64,000 nucleotides of DNA, from NCBI GenBank assembly GCA_965240325.2, contig OZ251239.1, positions 682,001 through 746,000 on the forward strand. Reading direction: 5' to 3'. This document shows positions 11,170-22,800 of the stretch, in pieces. Origin of the DNA: Rebecca billardiae RCC1528. Its lineage: Eukaryota; Protista; Haptophyta. Under the pieces are notes generated by a model that was not told where the DNA came from, made no database searches, and was given only the letters and a program-made list of their open reading frames with translations. A program made the position numbers and the translations under genes. Each line of letters starts with the position of its first letter. Position 1 is the stretch's first letter.

Positions 11170-13700
11170 GCGACGACGACGACGACGACGACCACAGCAG
11201 CCACGACGACGACAGCGACGACGACGACGACGACGATGACGATGACGAGCACGATGCGGACGGCTACGCCGACGCCGAGGTGGAGGCCGTGGGCGTGGAC
11301 GAGGTGGGTCAGGCGAGCGTGGCGCCGCCGCTGCACCAGCCCGCGCTGCCCAACCGCGCCGTCGGCTCCCTCCGCCGCATCAAGGACGCGCTGCCGTCAT
11401 TCGCCGCGCTGCTGACCGCTCGCGAGGACTCGGAGGCGCAGCTGCGCGCACACGTGGCCGCGACGATGACCAACGTGCTGTGCGCGATGGTGCTGGTGGG
11501 CGCGGGGCCGGAGGAGGCGGAGATCCCGCACCTGTACGCGGGCGGCCTGCTCGCCGCGCTCGGCGCCGAGATCGACCACGCCGCCGACGACGGGCGCGTC
11601 GAGGCCCTCCGCCTCTGCCACGCGCTGCTCACGGCCGCGACGATGGCCGGGCTGTCGTATAAGCGCGCGCTGGACGTGCCGCGCGCCCGCCCCTTCTTCG
11701 GCGCGGTGGTGCGCGCGGTGTCGGCGGGCGCGTGGCACGCGCGCGTGCGCGCGCAGGCCGCCACAGTGCTCTGCCTCGCTGCGCACGTCTTCTCCGGCGC
11801 CGCGTGCACCGCCGCCATGCTGGACGCCGGAGGGCTGGAGGCGCTGGCGCTCGCGCTGCGCGCCGGCCGAGCGCCCGCGCTGCAGCTGGCCGCGGCGCGC
11901 GCGCTCACCGAGCTGCTCGTGCAGACGTGCATGCCGTTCGGCACGGTGTCGGCGTGCGCGCACGCGCTCGTCGGCGCGCTCGAGCACGGCCCGCCATCGC
12001 TCCAGCTCGCCGCCTGCCGCTGCCTGTACCAGCTCGTCGCCTGCGTGCTGCGCCGCAACGGGCAGCTACTCGCCGGTCCGGCCGAGGGCGGCGGCGGCGT
12101 GGGCGGCGGCGGCGGCGGCGGTGGGGGCTCTCGGGCGCAGCAAGCGGCGGGCGGCGGCAGAGGCGTGGAGCACGTCGAGGAGGATGAGCCGCTGCGCGTG
12201 CTGCGCGAGACCGGCGCGGCGCTCGCGCTACTCAACGCGCTGGTCGGTCCAGACTCGGAGCTGCGCGAGACGGCGCGGCGCACGCTCGCACTGCTGACCG
12301 TGGCGAGCGGCGGCGACGCGACCGAGCTGCTGCGCGCGGCGGGGAGGTCGGTGCGCGCGCTGCGCGATGACGTGGCGTGCATGCGCCGGCAGCTGCGCAG
12401 GCAGGCGCAGATGGTCGGCCCGCTCGACCGCGCCGTGCACGACGTCGCGCTGCAGGCGGACGACGGCTCGCAGCTCGGCGCGTCGCGCGCGCTTCTGGTC
12501 GCGTCGTCGCATTACTACACGGCGCTGCTCGGTCCGGGCGCGAGCACGAGCGAGTCCGGCTCGGGCGCGGTGAGGCCTGACCCGCAGTTCGCGGCGCGGA
12601 CGCACGAGGCACTGCTGCGCCAGCTGCACGGCGCGGCGTGCGAGCCGCTCCCCAGCGCGATGGGCGAGCTACTCGAGCTCACGAAGCTGGCATCCAAGGT
12701 CCAGTGGCCGAGTGGCGGCGCGGCGGGCGGGCCGCGCGCCGCGGCGGACCGCCTCGCCGACTACTGCTACACGCGCGGGCGCGCGGCGCGCGGCGTGGCG
12801 GCGGGCGGTGGCGGCGGCGCTGGCGGGGCCTCCGCCGCCGCCGCCGCCGCTGGCGGCACCGCCGCCGCCGCCGCCGGGGGCAGTGCCGCCGCCGACGGCG
12901 CGGGCGGCGAGGCGCGCGCCGGCGCGGGCGAGAGCGACGGCGACGACCAGATTGAATCTCGCGGCGGCGAGATTGAATCTCCGGGAGGCGGGCGCGACTC
13001 GGCGGCGCACCTGCTCGACCGGTGTGAGGCCGCGGCGATCCGGCAGCTGAGCGCGGAGACGTGCCTGCACTGCGTCCTCTACGCGAAGGCGTGCCAGCTG
13101 CCCAGGCTGCTGAGCGCCGCGCGTCGGTTCGTGCACGCAAACCTGACCGCCATCGTGGCGCAGCCGCAGTGGCGCGCGTTCAAGCGGGAGCACGCGTCGG
13201 AGGCCGCGGAGCTGATGGAGCGCGCGGCGGTGAGCATGCAGCGCCAGCTCAAGCGCTCCGCGCTCGGCGGCGACGCGGGCGCCGCCGGCTCCGCGCGCGC
13301 CGCCGCGGGCCGGAAGCGGCAGCGCGCCGCGCGCGCCGAGCCTTCCATCCACGACCTGGACCTTCTCGACCCCGTGGGCGTGCTGGCGCGGGGCGGCGGC
13401 GCCGCGCAGCAGCAGCCGCAGCAGCAGCAGCAGCAGCTCGAGCCGGGGGGCGGCGCGGCGCACGCGCCGCTCGCCGCGCCGCACGGCGGCGCCGCCGCCG
13501 GCGGCGCGGGCGTGCTCGCGATGCTGCCGCACGAGCACCCGCACGCAGCGGACGCCGAGTGGGTCCCGCCGCCACCGCACGGCCCGCCCGCGCTCGCGCC
13601 GGCGCACGGGCAGCTGGGGCCGGGGGCGGCGGGCGGCGGCGCCAATCTGAATCTGCCCGGCGGCGCCGGCGCCGCCGGGCCGGCGCCGCCGATCGCCTGA
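10650..13700 (+). CDS. ARM-like repeat + BTB/POZ(-BACK-like) protein with poly-Asp tract
   Basis: Helical ARM-like segments, BTB start HDVALQADDGSQLGASRALLVASSHYYTALL, SPOP/BACK-like LLDRCEAAAIRQLSAETCLHCVLYAKACQLPRL, and a (GAC)n acidic tract at about 11100-11250. Confidence 0.75.
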
Positions 13701-14157
13701 CGACGAGGTGACTGCAGCGGCGAGCGATCAGATACGCGCCATTAGTATATCATCGACGGACGATATCAGATCATCATCACGACTATCCTCCAGTGTCGTC
13801 TAACTACTGCTACATATATATATAGCCTATACGGTATATAGCCTAAGCCTCAGAGTCCGAGAGAGAGTGCCGCGCCACCGACGGCGGGCCCGCGGCGGTT
13901 CGCCCTGCTGCCCGCACTGGCCCTGATGGCACCCCGGCGACGACGCCATGTGCTGAGATGCGTGTCCCAGGTCGTGCCAGCTCATCAGCGCTGCTGCTGC
14001 TTTGCAGCAGCTGCGCCGCCGGTCTGCCTGCTGCAGCACCGGCCCTGACGCACCGGCGGCGACACCATCTGCTGAGATGCGCGCCCCAGGCCGCGTCAGC
14101 TCAACTAACATATATTTATGTCGTCGACGAGCGACTAGTAAAGGTTGGCCAGCATCG

Positions 14158-14847
14158 AGTCCAATGACGGGCGGGTGTGCCAGGAGCCCTCGCCCCCCTC
14201 CTCCTCCACCTCCTCCTCCTCCTCGTCATCAGTCGCATCGTCCGAGGAAGAATCGTCCGCAGGAGCAGACGGCTTGATGAGCGCGGGCTTCGCTTGTCCG
14301 AGCCGGTCAGCGGCGAGTGGCGTGCACGGTGACGATGCAGGTGTTCCGTCATCGTCCTTGAAGAGCGCGAGCAGGTCGTCCCCAACCCCCGCGGCCGCGC
14401 CGAAGATCGCCTTGGTCGGTGCCGTGGATGGAGGCACTGAGTGCTGGACAGAGTGCTTGCGCGGCTGGTTTGACGTCTGAACCATGATGTTGTTGAGCGA
14501 CGAGAGGAGGGGCAAGCAGGAGCTTTGCCCTGGTGAAGATGCGGGCGAATTGAATCGCGTCGAGAAACGGCTCAGCTTCAAGTCCAATGACGCGGTGCGC
14601 CGCGAGCCCTCCTTCTCCTCCTGATCGTCATCAGTGGCATCGTCCGAGGAAGAATCGTCCGCAGGAGCAGACGGCTTGATGAGCGCGGGCTTCACTTGTC
14701 CGAGCCGGTCAGCGGCGAGTGGCGTGCACGGTGACGATGCAGGTGTTCCGTCATCGTCCTTGAAGAGCGCGAGCAGGTCGTCCCCAACCCCCTCGGCCGC
14801 GCCGAAGATCGCCTTGGTCGGTGCCGTGGATGGAGGCATGGAGTGCT
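14158..14847. repeat. Near-identical tandem duplication, period 423 bp
   Basis: Copies at about 14158-14445 and 14581-14847 share a core of more than 200 bp with few substitutions. Confidence 0.9.
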
Positions 14848-15274
14848 TTCGTCTACTCAAGTCCAAGAGGCGCGGCCCCCAGTTGGTTTGTGTGGCTCTC
14901 GATCATCAGGGTTCGTGTGTGAATTATGATAATTCATCCCCGCCAGTTTTGATGTTTGATCCCCGTGGTGAGATACCCGAATACCCGCGCGCAATCGGAT
15001 GCTATCGCACCAAACGATTCGATCGGTTCGTTGGGGAGGTATTTTTTGATCACTCCGTGACCTCAGAGTTTTCGTTGATGGCGATATTGTTTCGATTGTG
15101 AGATTTCAGATTTTTGCCTGAGCCTGGCCTGAGATTCCGACGACGACACCCCACACTCGCAACTCTCCAATACTGGTAGTCGCCGAAATACTCCTTCTCG
15201 GGCAGAAGCGGGTTTAAGAAAGCCTTCTATGATTGTGGGGCGCTATGATGATATTATTTGGGGCGCTATGATAT

Positions 15275-16884
15275 GACCGCGTTCCGCGGTCCTTTTCTGC
15301 ATAGAATCAACGCAGTTGGGGGCCCGCGGTGGCCGAGTGCTATCGCGTCACTCTCCGCCGTGGCCAGTTCGCCAGCATGAGCAGTTGAAGTACGGTTCTG
15401 CAGTCCCGCGACCGTCGCCTGCCTGCGACTTCGAGACTCACTCACTCGAACACTTCACAGCAGCGCGAGACTCTAATCACAGCAGCGGACCTGAGACCGC
15501 ACCGGTCAAATCGGACGTCCGTCTGACAACTAGCTGCCAAATGTCCAACTGGCTGATCAATCAGCTCGGATCCGGGCGACCCGTCCGCGGTCGTGCCGAG
15601 TGAGTCGTGCCGCAGAGCTCGCGGACTAGTCGGAGTACTGAAGGAGTCGGGTGTGACAGCAGGGTGCTTTAGCGCTGCGGCCCGTACCAGCCAACAACCA
15701 GACGTACTCTGGCCACTTGACCCGTTGCACGGGTGAGGTACCGTACGCCCTCAGCGGGCCAGTGACTGGCAGTCGAAAAATGCTACGTTGTCGTTGATTG
15801 CAACTAGGGCTGGGCGATCAGGCGGCCGGGCGCGACGAGCCGAGCGGATTGGTGCACGGGAGATCCAATACGGCAATTCCCCGTGCACCGATCCAATCCG
15901 CTCGTCGTCAGGTGGCGCCGTTGCTGAGATCGAGCTGCAAACCCCTCAGCAGGTGGGCACTAGTGAAGGAAACTGGGAGGGCTGCCCGGCAGCGCGCGCC
16001 GCGGTGGGAAGAGAGAAGACTTGCCTCCCATCTGCAGCTGTGGCAGCGTTCCCTCTCGCGGCGGTGGAAGCCGACGACGAGGAGGATTCTGACGACGCAA
16101 TTGTCGACGACTGCTGGGAAGCCGCTGTGGTGACACTGTGCCGTGTGCACGCAGCTGCTCAATGGTAAAATGCTACCGCGCGGCGCCGCGCGACCGTCGG
16201 GTGATGGAGAGCGGATGGCGACAGCAGCAGCAGTCCTCATGAAGACGATGAAGCTGGCGGCACGGGTGCACGAGGTGGCAGGCGAAAACGCGCCGACGAG
16301 ACCGCATTTGACACACCTGAGCCGCACGCGCGTGCTGGCGCCGAGCGCGTGAGCGCTGCAAACCGAAACGCAACTACCGCGCGCGCCACGACGGCGCGGC
16401 ACTAGCTGATGCAGGCCGTACTGCCGGCACTGCTTCTGCGATCATGCGCCACGGTCGCAGCTGACTGCGTGAGCAGCAAGCGGGAGGCGGGTCCGGAGGC
16501 ACGTGCAGGCGCGCTCAGCCAAGGGGTTGGGAGCCTCCCGCATCCGCCATCGTGCCGGCCACGTCACCTCCGATCCGGATGTGGCCCAGTCCGGACGTCA
16601 CGCGATCCGGGACGACGAATACGATTCGCTCGTAACGAACCGTTACACTAATGTCACGTCCAGCTGACGTCCAGATCGCACTTTACTTAAGGGAATGAGC
16701 TGGGCGCGCTTTTTTTCGGCCTAATAGACCTCTCTATGCGATCTCAAAAACTCGAAACTCGGTCTCCGCCAGCCCTAAAAATCGCCCCCCGTCCCTTTTT
16801 TCTTGATCAAAGATCTTTTTGAAACGTGGTTCGGGCCCGCTGGTGCGGGCTCCACGCTGCGCGCTCCGCCCTGCACCGCGGGCC
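15275..16884 (-). mobile_element. Helitron2-like non-autonomous element, copy A
   Basis: Both ends are shared with 45114-48328. Terminal hairpin GACCGCG-TTC-CGCGGTC; subterminal GGCCCGCGGTG is inverted to terminal CACCGCGGGCC; AT on both flanks. Strand is assigned from the Helitron2 model. Confidence 0.65.
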
Positions 16885-17449
16885 ATTATTCATTCATCCG
16901 AGTTACAGGTTACATTCTTCACCTACCCACAACGCATGACGGCATGGGGCGTGTGTGCGTCTGGTGGACTGTAGGCAGCGAAGTTCCGCGCCCAATGGCA
17001 GCGCGCGTCATGCTGACTGACGACGGCGCTACAACTCCCAGGCGCCGTCAGTCTGACCTCACTCCGCCTTGAAGGCTGCGCGCCTGCTCCTCATGAGCGT
17101 AGTTCACGCTTCGTGCAGAATTCACAATGCTGCCGCTTCAGTGCCGGCGCGGTGCCTCGGCGAGGGCACGGCCGGGTGGACCGTTCGCGCTTCCCGGCGT
17201 CGCCGAGGCGCTCGGTGCTCTGGTCGAGATCGCGAGATGTTCTGTGATAGCCCCGATCACGCCCAGTACCGCTCCGAGGATCACTCATGAGAGTACCGCA
17301 GTTGACAATGAGATGAGTAGATCGGACGACTGGCGCCAGGCGCGCCAGCTGCCATCCGGCGGCCAGGTCAGATCACAGATGGCATGATGCAGCGACTCAA
17401 GTGGCAACGGGCTGGCGGCTCCGCACCTGCTGTTATATTATGGCGCACG

Positions 17450-17498
<49 letters not shown>
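17450..17498. repeat. Poly(C) tract of about 49 nt, followed by a short poly(G)
   Basis: Directly visible. Confidence 0.9.
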
Positions 17499-17499
<1 letters not shown>

Positions 17500-17852
17500 A
17501 AAGGTCTGAGCGTGAGCGAAAGCCGGGGGGGGGGCGGCGCACGTGCTCCGCAAATCAAAAAGAGGATGCACGCAGGATTTTGGGGATTTTGTAGGTTGAT
17601 TCAGATGTGACCGAACCCCTAGTGGACGCATTTCGCTGCCAATGATTGCGTTTGTAGTAGATGCTAATTTTAACGATAGTAACACTTAGGTGCAGGGTGG
17701 AATAGCACATAACACCAGCCGTGTGTTAGAACATTCCGTCATAGTAAGATGCCTGAATTGTAAGAGCCTGAAACAGCTCGCCAACCATAGAAACGATAGG
17801 TTGGGTCGTCAGCTTTGATTCACGCGCTTCTGAAAAACAGCGTTTTAGATTA

Positions 17853-18265
17853 GGGCCGTTCTTCACCCCGCCGCGAGCGATTCGGCGAAATTCGGCGAGT
17901 GCATTTCTTGTAATTGGGCCGCCATGGATTCGCCGAATCGCCGACCCGGCGACCCCTGTTTGCAAATTCGCCGAACCCACAAAACAGGGGCCTGCGGCGT
18001 GGGTTCGGCGAAAGTTGAGTTTACGAATCCGTATTCACGTCCCAACTTTCGTCGAATCGGTCGAGATCCTATTGAGATCGATGGTCCGTCGATTTTGGGC
18101 GCGGCGCTGGAGTTTTTTCTCCTCGCGATCCAAACACAATCTGAATCAATCTGAATCCGAATCGAGCAAGGGGGCTCAAGAACGGCGGCCCCCCTTGGCG
18201 AGCGCCTCCGAAAATCGATTCGCCGAACTTCGTTGAATTTTTCGCGGCGGGGTGAAGAACGGCCC
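17853..18265. mobile_element. PIF/Harbinger (Tourist-like) MITE, 413 bp
   Basis: Perfect 24-bp TIR GGGCCGTTCTTCACCCCGCCGCGA, TTA duplicated at 17850-52 and 18266-68, and internal repeated ATTCGGCGA/TCGCCGAA motifs. Confidence 0.9.
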
Positions 18266-19867
18266 TTAGACGCATCCCTCTCCTCTTAAGAGAACTGCGC
18301 TTCAAAAACACCGTTTCAACGAAAGACGATCGCCCGCCATTCAACTGAAACGAGATTCTGCATAAAGCGAACCAAACATTTGGTTCGGTGGCAATCCAAT
18401 TCTTGTATTTCATATGAACGACACAGCCTGAAGGCGAACATTCTCGCTCTCGACCCATATGATCATTTGTTGATGAGGCCTGAATTCGCTCATCAACAAT
18501 GATGGCAGCGACGCGATATGGTATTGCGCGGGTAGCTTGAATCGACGTTCCCGCGCGCCCTGGTTCATACGGATGATTGCAAGAATGGATTGCCACCCGC
18601 ATTGACGAGCCTAAAATCTCATGAGCATAAGAATTTATACCGCTTCAAGTACGACGAATTGATTCAAAGCCAAATGCGGGTGTGATTCGACGTTATGATC
18701 CATCTGCAATCATTATAGGAGCTCTCTGAAAATAAGACTACCAGTAGTGTCCTGGACGCGTGACGATTCTAAGATCGCGAGGCGTCACGTTGCGCCGGCC
18801 GGCTCGCGCAAAACACGACGAGTACGAGCCGATCGTCGCGCGCGGCCTCTGCGCGCGCGCGGCGGCGCGGCGCGCGGCCGGGCGCGGGAGCCTGGGCGGC
18901 GGCGGGCGCGCGGCGGGGCGTGTGCTGCCCGAGAGGCTGGCGCACTCGCCCAGAGCCGCCGCGCACACCGTCGAGATTCATCATTCAAGATCGGCGCGGG
19001 CGTACGCTGCGGCTCGCGCAACGCGCCGCCGCCGCCGCCGCCGCTCCCCCCGCCCCCGTCCGCCCTCCCGCCCGTCCCGCGCCTCGACGGCGCGCGCCTC
19101 CAAAATGTGTGCACCACCGTGCACCGCGCCTCGTGGCGGACGGCGCGGCGCACTGGGCCGCGGCCGTGTCAGGGCGATGGCGCGCGGCGCGCGACCCGAC
19201 GTACGCGGCGGCGCTCGGCCGCACGCTCTGAGGGGCCGCTGTGCGCGCTCGCCGCGCCGCCGCTGCCCGCCGCCGCCGCAAGCCGCAAGTCGCTCGCGCG
19301 CCGCGGCCGCGGCCGAGGCGGGACGGGCGGGAGGCGGCGGCTCGGCGCGCGCTGCGGAGGCGCCGCTGCTGCCGCTGCGCGCGGCGCAGCGGCTTCTCGC
19401 GTAGTGGTCGGGCGCGGCGCTGAGTGGCTGCTCTGCGCGCAGCGCGGCTGCGCACACAACGCGCGTGCGAGCTCGCGTGCACCCCCGGCGCCGCCGCCCG
19501 GCTGTCGGACTCGCCAGTGACTCGGCTGCATTCGGCGCATGCACCCGTCCGACCGTCCGACCGTGTCGTCACAAGCCGGCTGCTGCTCACAAACTGCGTG
19601 ATTCGTGACGAAGAAAGAACGCGACAACTAGCAGCCACTATCGGGCCGTGCGCCCTCAACTTCGTTGTTTACTACCCGAAGATCGGCATAGCCGATCATA
19701 TATATATATATTATTCAGACTGCTGTTTATTATTATATATGTTTATTATTAGAGTGCCAGTGGCATGTGATGGCAGCCGAGTCAGCCGACCGCACTCGGA
19801 CCAGCCGCGTCGAACCGAGTCGGCGCGGTTCAATCGACCACACCTGCTGACAACGCGGGCCTATCAG

Positions 19868-22800
19868 TCACTCGGTACGACTAAGAACAGTCTGCTGATG
19901 CCGCTGCGGCTGCTGCCCGCACGCGACAACCTCATCCCACTCCCAGCAGCAGCCGGCCGCAGCCGCGTCGCCATCATCGTCGCCACCGTCCGGCTCGTGC
20001 CCGTCGCCGTAGTCGAGCGAGAGGTCCTCGTACTCCGAGAGCGGCGCCAGCTCGCCCGCCTCGGCGAGCACCGATTGCAGCCCGCCGCGCGCGCGCGAGT
20101 CCGCGCCGCCGCCGCGCGCGCGGCCCGCCGCGCCCGCGGCCGTGCGCTGCTCGAGCAAGCCGAGCAGCTGCCCAGTGTCCATCGCCTCGACGTCGGCGTT
20201 TGCGCCACGGATGACGGCGCGCGCCAGCTGCCGCTTGAACGCCTGCAGCCCCATCATCTGCTCGCGCGCGCGCGCGGAGAGCCGGGGCGGGCGGCCGACG
20301 GGGCGGCGTGCAGCAGTGGCGCGGTGGCGGCGCGCGCGCGCGCGGCACGCACGGCTGTGGTGAGGCGACGGTGGCAGCGGCTGCTGCGCGCTGCCGTGGG
20401 CGCGCGCACGGCCCAGAGCGCGGCGGCGGCGCGGCGGCGGGTGTCGCGCCCGCACGGCGCCGCGCGGCGCGAGACCGCGCGCGCATGCACACCTGCTCCT
20501 CCAGCGTACCCCTCGTCACAAGCCGGTACACGCACACCTGCCGCCGCTGCCCGAGCCGGTGCGCGCGGTCCATCGCTTGCGCGTCGCGCGCCGGATTCCA
20601 GTCGTGCTCGAACATGACGACGACGTCCGCTCCGGTGAGGCTCAGGCCGAGGCCGCCGACGGCGGTGGTGAGGAGGAGCACGTCGATCGTCGGGTCCGCG
20701 TTGAAGCGCGCCGCGAGCGCGCCGCGCTCCGAGGGCGGCACGCTTCCGTCCAGCCGCGCGAACGACACCTGTGCCCCATGCAGGGCGCACGGCGCACGAG
20801 CACGCGCAGCGCACGCCGCGGCGAGCCGCGGCGCCGGGGGCGGCGCAGGGTGCAGGGTGCCGAGGTGGGCGCGCGCGGATGAGCGGACGGCGCGCGAGTG
20901 CGCCGCGGTGCGGACCGCGCGCCGCTCGCGGCTGGCGAGCGCAGCTGCCACGCCACGCGCGCGCGCGCGCGCGCGCGCAGGCAGCCTACGGGCACGCGGC
21001 ACGGCGCGGCGCGGGCGCGGCGCGGGGCGTGGCTTCGCGCTGGGTGCGTGTGGCGGCGCGCGGTGCCGCGCGCACCGCGGGCATGTGCGCGCGCAGCAGG
21101 TCGTCCTCGATGGCGCGCAGAGCGCCGCTACTCTGCGCAAACACCAGCGCGCGGTGCTGCGCCGCGCCGTGTGGTTCGGCCGCGCCCGCACCACCAGCGC
21201 CGCCGTCACCGTCAGGCCGTGCGCCCGCCTCGGCGGCCGGGCCGCCGCGCCGCGCGCCGCCGCCCTCGGCACCGCGCGCCGACGGCGCCGGCTCGGCGCC
21301 GCCACCGCCGATGCCGCAGCTCAGCAGCAGATCCCGAAGCGCGAGTAGCTTGGGCGCATGCTCCAGATCTCGGACGCTGCCCTCTGCGCCCACGAGCTCG
21401 GAGATCTGCGCGCGCAGCGGGTGCGTTACAGGCACGCCGCGCGCGTCGCAGCCGCCCCCGTCCGCGCCCGCCGCCGCCGCCGCGCCGCCACCGGCGCCGC
21501 CGCCGCCGGGCGCAAGGGCGAGCTGTGGCGCGTTGCACAGCCGGCGGAGATAGTTGAGCGCGCGCAGCGTGGCGCCTGCGCCGCCGGCGTCGCCCTTACT
21601 CGCGCCACGCGCGCCTCCGCCCGCCGCACCCTCGCCGCCGTCCGCCGCCGCCGCCGCCGGCTGCCGTGCCGCCGGCTCCCGCCGCGCCGCCGCCGCCGCG
21701 AGCAGCCGCGCGTGCGCGCGGCTGTGCTCGAAATGACGAAGCAGCAGCTGCTGCAGCGCGCTCGGCGCCACGAGCCAATCAGAGACTTGCTTGGGCGGCA
21801 GCTCGGTCAGGACGGCGTCCTTCGTGCGCCGCAGGATGAAGGGCAGCACCAGCCGGTGCAGGCGCTCGAGCGCCGCCTCCGCGCGCGCGCCCATGTCGAT
21901 CGCGCCGCCGCCCGCGCCGCCGCCCGCGCCGCCGCCCGCGCCGCCGCCGCCGCCGCGCGCGCGCGAGCCGCGCGCCGTGCCAGTGACGGCATCGCCGCGC
22001 GCGCGCGCGAGCGCCTCGCGGCTCGCGCGGATCGGCCGCGAGAACGCCTCGTCGAACTCCGCCTGCGTGCCCAAGTACCCGGGCATCAGGAAGTCGAAGA
22101 GCGACCACAGCTCCGCCAAGCAGTTTTGGATCGGAGTCCCGGTCAGCGCGAGCCGGCGGCGCGCGCGCACGGCGCGCGCCGCGCGCGCCGTTTGCGAGTG
22201 CGCGTTGCGCAGCAGGTGGGCTTCGTCGAGGATGGCGTAGGCCCACGCGCTGGCGCTCGCGCCGGGTGTCGCCGCGCCCGCCAGCGCGCCGGGCGACGCG
22301 AGCACGCCCGCGTCGGTGCGCGCCGTGTCGTACGAGGCGATCACAAGCTGCGCAGCGCCGCCGCCGCATCCGCCGCCGCGCCCGCCGCCGCGCCCGCCGC
22401 CGCCGCAGCTGCCGCCGCCGCACCCGCCGCCGCACCCGCCGGCAGCGGCGGCAAACTGCGCGCGGAGCTGCGCGCGGCGCGCGGGGCTGCCGGTGTACGC
22501 GAGCGTGCGCAGCCGCGGCCCGAAGAACGCCTCCGCCTCGCGCTCCCAGTGCGAGACCAGGCTGGCTGGGCACAGAACCAACGCCGCCGCCGGCAGCGGT
22601 GCGGCCGCGCCGCGGTCGGCGCGCGCCGTGGCGTGCGGAACGCGCGCCGCCGCGCCGCGCACGCCGCCCACCGCGCGGCACACCGCGCACAGCGCCTGCA
22701 CGGTCTTGCCCAGCCCCATGTCGTCCGCCAGGATGCCGTGCAGCCCGAACGAGTCCAGAAAATGCACCCAGCGCACGCCCTCGCGCTGGTAGGGACGCAG

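Noticed and set aside
13826-15130. TIR element around the 423-bp duplication
   Set aside because: No convincing inverted pair or TSD could be aligned.
17497-17535. Hammerhead-ribozyme-like string CTGA...GAAA
   Set aside because: The core reads CUGAGCG rather than CUGANGA, and no consistent stem I/III with a cleavage triplet is present.
18740-19480. GC-rich gene-like stretch
   Set aside because: No recognisable domain or consistent exon structure; possibly a truncated remnant.
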